DNA of 64,000 nucleotides, taken from assembly GCA_947084965.1 (NCBI GenBank), contig CAMTUG010000001.1, forward strand, positions 409,301 to 473,300. Reading direction: 5' to 3'. Of this stretch, positions 57,721 to 64,000 are shown piece by piece. The position numbers and the translations under genes are program-made. Source of the DNA: an uncultured Parcubacteria group bacterium. Its GTDB lineage: Bacteria > Patescibacteriota > Patescibacteriia > UBA9934 > CAMTUG01. Every line of letters begins with the position of its first letter. Within the stretch, counting starts at the first letter, position 1. The notes under the pieces were generated by a model, which saw nothing but the letters and a program-made list of their open reading frames with translations, had not been told where the DNA came from and did not search any database.

Positions 57721-58245
57721 ATGATCCACGTTGGACAACCGGCCCCGGACTTTAGCAACGTCACCGCATATCACAAAGGCGAATTCCACAGCGTCTCCTT
57801 AGCGGACTACAAAGGCAAGTGGCTCGTTCTCTTCTTCTACCCGCGCGACTTCACCTTTATCTGCCCAACGGAAATTAAAGGATTCGGCGCGCACAAAGCG
57901 GAGTTTGAAAAGTTAAATGCGGAAGTCGTTGGGGCTTCCACCGACTCGGAGTGGTCACACAAAAACTGGTTCGAGCGTGATCTCAAAGAAGTAGAGTACC
58001 CGGTCTTGGCCGATGTGACCCACGAGGTGTCCAAAGCGTACGATGTGTTTAACGCCAAAGAGGGCTTGGCAGAACGCGGACTGTTCATCATCGATCCAGA
58101 AGGGATCGTGAAGTATGCGCTGGTCAGTGCCGGATCGGTCGGCCGCTCGGTCAAAGAAACCCTACGCGTCCTCGAGGCGCTGCAATCCGGCGAGCTCTGT
58201 CAGATGGAATGGGAACCGGGATCGGAAGGGTTAGGAAAGGCGTAG
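57721..58245 (+). CDS. ahpC: 2-Cys peroxiredoxin (AhpC/TSA)
   Basis: FFYPRDFTFICPTE, RGLFIIDPEG, GRSV.E.LR, ELC..W. Confidence 0.92.
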   Translation: MIHVGQPAPDFSNVTAYHKGEFHSVSLADYKGKWLVLFFYPRDFTFICPTEIKGFGAHKAEFEKLNAEVVGASTDSEWSHKNWFERDLKEVEYPVLADVTHEVSKAYDVFNAKEGLAERGLFIIDPEGIVKYALVSAGSVGRSVKETLRVLEALQSGELCQMEWEPGSEGLGKA

Positions 58246-58250
58246 AAAAA

Positions 58251-58322
58251 CAGTAAGCAGTAATTGGAAAGTGGAGACGCTCAATGAGTGTCTCCACTTA
58301 CTACTTACCAATTACCGCTTTC
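58251..58322. repeat. Heptamer-armed GAGAC/GTCTC palindrome (convergent ahpC/pepA junction)
   Basis: CAGTAAG CAGTAAT TGGAAAG TGGAGAC-GCTCAATGAGT-GTCTC CACTTAC TACTTAC CAATTAC CGCTTTC. Confidence 0.85.
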
Positions 58323-59845
58323 TACAGCCCCCGAACTAATTCCATCAACGTTCTGACGCCGACCCCTGTACCACCCTTGCCGGTGTAGGCGTTGATCGGG
58401 CGCTCGGCAAACGATGGACCAGCGATGTCCAGATGGGCCCACGGAATGTTATCGACGAATTCTTGCAGAAATAATCCGGCCGTTAACGCGCCGCCGTAGC
58501 GCCCGGCGAGATTTTTTAGATCTGCCACTTCCGACTTCAACTCGCGTTTGTAATTCTTCTCAAGTGGCAGTGACCACATCTTTTCTCCAACCGCTCCTGA
58601 GGCGGCCAAAATCCTGTTCTCTAACTTTGCGTCGTTGCTCATCACCCCGGTGATCTCTTCCCCAAGCGCGACCACGCAGGCACCGGTCAACGTTGCAAGA
58701 TCAACGATCATGTCCGGCTTTTGACGTACAGCATAGGACAAGGTGTCGGCCAGAGTGACGCGACCCTCAGCATCGGTGTGCAACACTTCAATCGTTGTAC
58801 CGTTCATGGCGGTCACCACGTCGCCCGGGCGAATCGCTTTGCCGGACGGCATGTTTTCACAAGCGCCAAAAATCCCTTCGACGATCACGTTCGGCTTGAG
58901 TTCTTTGATCACCGAGAAGAGTCCGAGGACCGCAGCCGCGCCAGCCATGTCGAGTTTCATTGTGTACATCCCTTCTGCCGGTTTGATCGAAAGTCCACCT
59001 GAGTCAAAGGTGATCGCCTTTCCAACAATCGCGATGCGCTTCCGCGTTTCGGTTTTTCTGTTTTTCTGTTTTTCTGTTTTTCGTATGTAGGTCATCTGCA
59101 CCATCGCTGGTGGATGATCCGCCCCTTGGGCGATGCCGAGCAATCCGCCCGCGCCCATCTTTTCCAGCGCGGCCTTATCCATCACCTTCACCTTGATCAC
59201 TCCTTTGCTCGCCTTGCCAATTTCGAGGGCTTTGGCGACCAACTCCGCCGGCTGCATGTGACCGGACGGCGTATTGACCAAGTCGCGGGCATACATCGTT
59301 CCGGCAACACCCAAATTTCCGAGCGTAATTCCGGCTTCAGCTTGCTTCACGGCTCGACCATCGTTGGTCATGATCGTGAACGTCTGCACACTCGGCTTGT
59401 TCTTCTTTTTCTTATACTTATCAAACTTGTATACCGCCAGCTGGGCCCCTTCCGTGATCGCCCGAGCGCATTCCTTAGGCGCAAGCTTCCCTGCCCCAGC
59501 GCCGTGTAAAATCGAAACGACGCTCTTTGCACCAAGTTTCTCCGCACACTGAGCAGAAAGAGCCGCCGCCTCGCGGACATTCTCAATGGTAAAGTCTTCT
59601 TTTTTTCCAAGGCCGACGAGCAAGATGCGCTTGGCTCCAAACTTCGACGATGGCCGAACAAGTAACGTTTCATTCACACCCCCCTTAAATCGATCCTCTT
59701 TGGCAACGCTCATCAATTCACCCCCCAGAACAGCATCAACATCCGCTGTCGCCCCACCAAACTTCTCGAATCCTTCAAACGCATTGAGAACAAGCAGATC
59801 AGCTTTCACCGCTGTGAGATCCCCTTTTTGAACAGAAAACATCAT
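58322..59845 (-). CDS. pepA: Leucyl aminopeptidase (M17)
   Basis: VGKAITFDSGG, MKLDMAGAA, HTDAEGR, DLATLTGA, WAHLDIAG. Confidence 0.95.
   Translation of the reverse strand: MMFSVQKGDLTAVKADLLVLNAFEGFEKFGGATADVDAVLGGELMSVAKEDRFKGGVNETLLVRPSSKFGAKRILLVGLGKKEDFTIENVREAAALSAQCAEKLGAKSVVSILHGAGAGKLAPKECARAITEGAQLAVYKFDKYKKKKNKPSVQTFTIMTNDGRAVKQAEAGITLGNLGVAGTMYARDLVNTPSGHMQPAELVAKALEIGKASKGVIKVKVMDKAALEKMGAGGLLGIAQGADHPPAMVQMTYIRKTEKQKNRKTETRKRIAIVGKAITFDSGGLSIKPAEGMYTMKLDMAGAAAVLGLFSVIKELKPNVIVEGIFGACENMPSGKAIRPGDVVTAMNGTTIEVLHTDAEGRVTLADTLSYAVRQKPDMIVDLATLTGACVVALGEEITGVMSNDAKLENRILAASGAVGEKMWSLPLEKNYKRELKSEVADLKNLAGRYGGALTAGLFLQEFVDNIPWAHLDIAGPSFAERPINAYTGKGGTGVGVRTLMELVRGL
59052..59083. repeat. 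Intragenic octamer tandem repeat (GTTTTTCT)x3 plus GTTTTTCG in pepA
   Basis: Encodes part of RKTEKQKNRKTETRK just before IAIVGK. Confidence 0.75.
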
Positions 59846-59851
59846 ACACAT

Positions 59852-59880
59852 TTGCATTAAGTCTTAAGATTCGATACCAT
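59852..59880 (+). promoter_or_regulatory. Putative promoter of the small basic ORF
   Basis: TTGCAT-N17-TACCAT. Confidence 0.5.
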
Positions 59881-59904
59881 GTGGATACAAATTAATCAAG
59901 GTTT

Positions 59905-60018
59905 ATGGGGATGCGAAAAGTAGGACGCAATGCCTGGAAGGCGAATCGCAAAGTCGAAAAGGCCGGTCGACGCAAAAAGGCAGCGATCCGTCACAAAAAG
60001 GCGGCGGCGAAAAAGTAA
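59905..60018 (+). CDS. 37-aa Lys/Arg-rich small protein (not in ORF track)
   Basis: MGMRKVGRNAWKANRKVEKAGRRKKAAIRHKKAAAKK*; fills the pepA-DUF62 gap and ends at a terminator. Confidence 0.7.
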   Translation: MGMRKVGRNAWKANRKVEKAGRRKKAAIRHKKAAAKK

Positions 60019-60054
60019 ATCAAAAACGACCCTTTCAGGGGTCGCTTTGATTTT
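60017..60054. terminator. Bidirectional intrinsic terminator
   Basis: AAATCAAAAACGACCCT-TTCA-GGGGTCGCTTTGATTTT between convergent ORFs. Confidence 0.7.
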
Positions 60055-60055
60055 G

Positions 60056-60874
60056 TTAACTGATTTGCACTTCGTCTTCGACGTTCGGAATGAACCCGTA
60101 CTGCTCCTTAATGTACAGACGTGCGCCGGGCAATCCGACGATACCCGTGCGACGGGCGATCTCGAGGCCTTTGTGCGCAAAACTCGATCCAGTAATAAGC
60201 CCAAGTTCGCCTGGGGCGAGGAGCGTCAATTTTTCGCGATAGATAAGCTTCATCTCTCCGAGATGCTTACCGTCCCGGATTAAGCGCACGGTATATTCCT
60301 TTCCGACTTCCAGCGGACGCTGGGAAGCGAGTTTCATATTATCGAACGAATCGATCCAAGCCACGCGATCGGTCGCAACAGACGGAATCGGATAGCTGGC
60401 TACAGGATGAGTGACATACAACGTGTCGCGCTCTCCATCGGCTGTTGCCACAAATTCCCCGGCGGCCTTTGGGAATACATAGGCCGAACGGAACTGCGAT
60501 CCGCTGGTGTTCCCGTCATCTGTCCGTTTGGTATAAATCGTTTCGATCTGATCTTTTATTAACGTCAGCGAGTATCCTTCGTTTGGGCCGACGAGCAGAC
60601 CGCCCGTTTTCACCTTCACAAAAACCATTTCGCCGGCGCGGTTCCCTTCTAACTTTTCCGTGGCGTTGCGCGGTGCGGCGTTAAACAGCACCACGTCCCC
60701 TTCCGAGAATTCTGCTTCCGCTAACAAAAAACTGAGCGAGAGCGTCGCGAATGGTTCGGCGGCGTAGAACGTTGTTGGGACACCGGGAAACGCCTGAGCA
60801 ACCTGCGCTTCAATGCGCAAGCGAGCATTGGCGTCAGAACAGTCATTGATGATGATGATACGCTTAGCTTCCAT
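60056..60874 (-). CDS. SAM hydroxide adenosyltransferase / chlorinase-fluorinase (DUF62)-like protein
   Basis: IIIIND, NAAPR, VGPNEG, SQFRS..VFP, WIDSFDN resemble DUF62 motifs. Confidence 0.65.
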   Translation of the reverse strand: MEAKRIIIINDCSDANARLRIEAQVAQAFPGVPTTFYAAEPFATLSLSFLLAEAEFSEGDVVLFNAAPRNATEKLEGNRAGEMVFVKVKTGGLLVGPNEGYSLTLIKDQIETIYTKRTDDGNTSGSQFRSAYVFPKAAGEFVATADGERDTLYVTHPVASYPIPSVATDRVAWIDSFDNMKLASQRPLEVGKEYTVRLIRDGKHLGEMKLIYREKLTLLAPGELGLITGSSFAHKGLEIARRTGIVGLPGARLYIKEQYGFIPNVEDEVQIS

Positions 60875-60902
60875 AATGATTGTGATGCTATCATGTGAGC
60901 GT

Positions 60903-61793
60903 ATGAAAATCAAACGGAAGTTATTGATTTGGTATAAAAAGAACGGGCGCGATCTGCCATGGCGCAAAACGCGCGATCCGTACAAAATTTTAGTCTCCGA
61001 GGTGATGCTCCAACAAACCCAGGTACCGCGCGTGCTCCTGTACTACAAAAAGTGGCTGAAACGATTTCCGAACTGGTCAGCGCTGGCCAGAGCGACAAAC
61101 GCTGACGTGATCCGCGAATGGGCAGGACTCGGATATAACCGCCGAGCGCTCGCCCTCCGCGATATTGCTAAAAACTTCCGATACCGGCTTCTGAAGCCGG
61201 TATCAAGTCAGGATTGGCAAACATTCAAAGGGATTGGCCCGTACACGGCCGCGGCCCTGGCCGTGTTCACTCGTACCGAGCGCGTTATGCCGATTGATAC
61301 AAATATTCGCCGCGTCCTTGGGCGGCTGTTGCTCGGGAATCCATGGCCTGATCCCAAGCTCGACGAGAAACTTCAGGCCCGCGCCGAGCCGATGATTCGA
61401 GGAAAAAACTTTGATCTCATCCCCCAAGCCCTGTTTGATCTCGCGACCTCGATCTGTAAAAAAGTTCCTGATTGCGCTCTTTGCCCCCTTCGCAACGACT
61501 GCCCTGCGGCAAAAACGTTCCTCTCAGGTACAATGAAAACACCGAACGCGCTGATCAAAAAATCAAATGAAAATATTCACCGCAACAAAAAGTTTCCTGA
61601 CCGCATTTACCGCGGGCGCATTTTGCGGCTCGTGCAGGAATCTTCGCGAGCGCTTCGTGTTTCTCAGATCGGCTCAATGATCGATACCACCTTCGATTCT
61701 TCACTCGATCAGCCTTGGCTCGAAGCGATGATCGGTCGACTCGAGGCAGATCAATTCATTAAACGACAAGGACGAACGATCAGGCTCTACTGA
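60903..61793 (+). CDS. mutY: A/G-specific adenine glycosylase (MutY-like HhH-GPD with Fe-S motif)
   Basis: RDLPWR..DPYKILVSEVMLQQTQV, WAGLGYNRRA, GIGPYTA, DTNIRRV, C-X5-C-X2-C-X5-C. Confidence 0.9.
   Translation: MKIKRKLLIWYKKNGRDLPWRKTRDPYKILVSEVMLQQTQVPRVLLYYKKWLKRFPNWSALARATNADVIREWAGLGYNRRALALRDIAKNFRYRLLKPVSSQDWQTFKGIGPYTAAALAVFTRTERVMPIDTNIRRVLGRLLLGNPWPDPKLDEKLQARAEPMIRGKNFDLIPQALFDLATSICKKVPDCALCPLRNDCPAAKTFLSGTMKTPNALIKKSNENIHRNKKFPDRIYRGRILRLVQESSRALRVSQIGSMIDTTFDSSLDQPWLEAMIGRLEADQFIKRQGRTIRLY
61180..61207. repeat. 25-bp palindrome GATACCGGCTTC-T-GAAGCCGGTATC plus AAG, copy 2 (inside mutY)
   Basis: Identical to 14178-14205. Confidence 0.9.
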
Positions 61794-62434
61794 TCATCCC
61801 AAGTCACCTGGCCGTTGCCGGTGATCGGGATCGGTTCACCGAGGTAGGTCGACGAAGGCTTCAAGATTAAATCTTTAGTCGCTTTAATGCGGGCCAAAAG
61901 TTCGCGGGCAGAAAACTGAAGCTGCTTCACGTATCGCTGGCGGTCGGCAACAACACCCGTCGCTTCAATCCCTAGGATGCGAGCGGTCATGACGGCACGT
62001 GGGAGGTGAAACTTCTGGGTAACCACGATCGCGTCTTCAACGTGAAAAACAAATCGCGCGCGGTACATCGTGTCGTACGTATCAAAACCAGCGTGATCAA
62101 GAAAAAGATCATCCGGCTCAACGCCGTACTCGAGCAGAAAGTCACGCATCGCCATAACTTCGTCGTAGCTCTCTGTGCCGTGATCGCCAGAGAGAAGGAC
62201 TTTGTCGACGTTACCATTCTGATACAACTCAAAAGCCGTGATCAGACGATCCGCCAAAACATCTGACGGATTTCCATCAGCATTCACCTTCGCCCCGAGC
62301 ACAATCGCCACCGTCGCACTCGGCGCCTCGTTGCGATCAAAGGTGTGCGGGGCCGCCAGGACCAAAAAAGCTAACTGAATTCCTATAAAGACGGTGGCGG
62401 CCGCAATGATAGCTGTAGAAAATATTTTCTTCAT
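61787..62434 (-). CDS. SanA/YdcF (DUF218) family protein
   Basis: AIVLGA, LADRL, LLSGD, EVMAM, DHAGFDTYD, VTQKFHLPRA, RE.LAR. Confidence 0.92.
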   Translation of the reverse strand: MKKIFSTAIIAAATVFIGIQLAFLVLAAPHTFDRNEAPSATVAIVLGAKVNADGNPSDVLADRLITAFELYQNGNVDKVLLSGDHGTESYDEVMAMRDFLLEYGVEPDDLFLDHAGFDTYDTMYRARFVFHVEDAIVVTQKFHLPRAVMTARILGIEATGVVADRQRYVKQLQFSARELLARIKATKDLILKPSSTYLGEPIPITGNGQVTWDDQ

Positions 62435-62524
62435 ACGTTTTGATGGCCGATGGACTTCCCAGGTACCTCAAAATACAACTTTTCAATTCGTTTGAGCAAA
62501 TAATGTAGTCAAACGAAGTGTAAC

Positions 62525-63682
62525 CTATGCTTTTGAGACACCCGCTGCAGCCGCGACAGCGCGAGCGACCGCCAGAGCCACGTTCTTATCTAATGGATCC
62601 GGAATGATCTTATCAACCGTCGGTTCACCAACATACTCAGCAAGGGCACGGGCGGCGGCGAGCTTCATCTCTTCAGTGATCTTTTTCGCCCCCGCATCGA
62701 GTGCACCGCGAAAGACCCCTGGAAACGCCAAAACATTATTGATCTGATTCGGATAATCACTTCGACCAGTAGCGATAATCTTTGCTCCAGCCAACTTGGC
62801 GAGATCGGGCATAATCTCTGGCACAGGATTGGCCATCGCAAATACGATCGGATCAGGAGTCATCGAACGCACCATTTCTTCCGTCAAAACTCCAGCCGCA
62901 CTGACGCCAATAAAAACGTCCGCCCCTTTGATCGCATCAATCAACGTACCGTCGATCTTTTCTGGATTGGTGAGCGCGAGCAATCGCTGTTTGGATTCGT
63001 TTAAATCCGTGCGCGTCGGGGAGATGATCCCTTTGCTATCAACCGCAACGACATTCGTAGCCCCTTGCGACAATAGAATCTTGGCGATCGCCACACCGGC
63101 CGCGCCCGCGCCACTGATCACCATCTTCACACTTGCAAAATCACGACCCGTCAACTTCAGCGCATTGATCAGTCCTGCAAGGACAACGATCGCCGTGCCG
63201 TGCTGATCATCATGCCAAAGAGGAATGTCGAGTTCGGCTTTGAGTCGTTCTTCAATCTCAAAACAACGTGGAGCAGAGATATCTTCCAAATTAATCCCCC
63301 CAAAAGAAATCGCCATGTGTTTGACCGTGGCGACAAATTCTTCAACATCTTGTGTATCAATCAAGATCGGAAAAGCATCAACACCACCGAATTCTTTGAA
63401 CAACACCGCCTTCCCTTCCATCACCGGCAGTCCAGCGAGCGGCCCAATATCTCCGAGACCTAAAACTGCGGATCCATCTGTGATCACCGCCACCCAATTG
63501 CGTCGCGACGTCAGCTCCCAGACTAATTCCGGGTCTTTGGCGATCGCCAAACACGGCGCGGCAACCCCCGGCGTGTAAGCCCAAGATAAATCTTCGCGTG
63601 TATGAATGTGGACCTTTGGCTCAAGCGCAATCTTCCCTTTTAATTGACGGTGCATCTCCATTGACTTTTCATTAAAATCCAT
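62525..63682 (-). CDS. NAD(P)-dependent malic enzyme (small subgroup)
   Basis: AYTPGVA, DGSAVLGLG, MEGKAVLFK, NLEDI, HDDQHGTA, GAGAAG, ATGRSDYPNQINN. Confidence 0.95.
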   Translation of the reverse strand: MDFNEKSMEMHRQLKGKIALEPKVHIHTREDLSWAYTPGVAAPCLAIAKDPELVWELTSRRNWVAVITDGSAVLGLGDIGPLAGLPVMEGKAVLFKEFGGVDAFPILIDTQDVEEFVATVKHMAISFGGINLEDISAPRCFEIEERLKAELDIPLWHDDQHGTAIVVLAGLINALKLTGRDFASVKMVISGAGAAGVAIAKILLSQGATNVVAVDSKGIISPTRTDLNESKQRLLALTNPEKIDGTLIDAIKGADVFIGVSAAGVLTEEMVRSMTPDPIVFAMANPVPEIMPDLAKLAGAKIIATGRSDYPNQINNVLAFPGVFRGALDAGAKKITEEMKLAAARALAEYVGEPTVDKIIPDPLDKNVALAVARAVAAAAGVSKA

Positions 63683-63690
63683 ATATTTGC

Positions 63691-63719
63691 TTGACAAAAC
63701 AAGATTTTTATGATATCAT
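63691..63719 (+). promoter_or_regulatory. sigma70-type promoter of the Cys-rich small ORF
   Basis: TTGACA-N17-TATCAT with TG extension. Confidence 0.7.
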
Positions 63720-63747
63720 GGCGCTATAAATAAGTAACGTCTCTTGT

Positions 63748-63843
63748 ATGGAAACATGCACGACGTGCGGAATGGAAATGGAGGGCGACACCTGTCCAGG
63801 ATGTGGAAAAGCGGTCGCTGAGTGTACCTGCGAACACGTTTAA
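63748..63843 (+). CDS. 31-aa Cys-rich small protein (not in ORF track)
   Basis: METCTTCGMEMEGDTCPGCGKAVAECTCEHV*; CxxC-CxxC-CxC-xH; promoter and terminator present. Confidence 0.75.
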   Translation: METCTTCGMEMEGDTCPGCGKAVAECTCEHV

Positions 63844-63850
63844 ATAACAC

Positions 63851-63882
63851 AAAACCGCTCCGAGCTTACTCGGAGCGGTTTT
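63851..63882. terminator. Bidirectional intrinsic terminator
   Basis: AAAACCGCTCCGAG-CTTA-CTCGGAGCGGTTTT. Confidence 0.8.
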
Positions 63883-63890
63883 GATTTGAC

Positions 63891-64000
63891 TTACTTTTTC
63901 ATCACGCGATATTTTCCTGGAGCGATATAGGCCGCGGCAAGGGAGGCGAGCAGAAGCATCGCTTCGTATTCGTATCCGCCAGCAAATCCTTTGGACCACT
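63891..64000 (-). CDS. DoxX-family membrane protein, C-terminal fragment (runs off window)
   Basis: Hand translation WSKGFAGGYEYEAMLLLASLAAAYIAPGKYRVMKK*. Confidence 0.6.
   Translation of the reverse strand, partial: WSKGFAGGYEYEAMLLLASLAAAYIAPGKYRVMKK

Noticed and set aside
59896-60283. ORFs 59930-60283 (+) and 59896-60204 (-)
   Set aside because: They run through a terminator and into the DUF62 gene; the 59905-60018 frame fits the promoter and terminator

Overview
Gene-dense bacterial chromosome segment using the standard code (TGA is a stop). Gene content and style suggest a Patescibacteria/CPR (Parcubacteria-like) genome; this is an inference from the short AlaRS, RpoA without a C-terminal domain, degenerate PriA, 0-10 bp gene spacing and near absence of Shine-Dalgarno (SD) motifs. 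Housekeeping content: infA-rpmJ-rpsM-rpsK-rpsD-rpoA-rplQ-rplM-rpsI, the full F-type atp operon, mreBCD-mrdA, five aminoacyl-tRNA synthetases (alaS, gltX, serS, lysS, metG), clpB with a CIRCE operator, surface-glycan genes, sod/ahpC, pepA, mutY and a malic enzyme. Most striking signal: four unrelated, markedly GC-rich genes (12308-13009, 41948-42592, 49595-50479, 50813-52408) sit between host genes. Each has its own sigma70-type promoter, an ACCC...GGAG ribosome-binding region the host genes lack, and a related 3' hairpin motif. Also present: several families of dispersed palindromes, including a 25-bp palindrome read in frame as RYRLLKPVS in two unrelated proteins and heptamer-armed GAGAC/GTCTC elements between and inside genes; a LysRS-YbaK fusion; and three unannotated small ORFs (31-37 aa), each with promoter and terminator. 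No tRNA, rRNA, CRISPR array, transposase or integrase was recognised.
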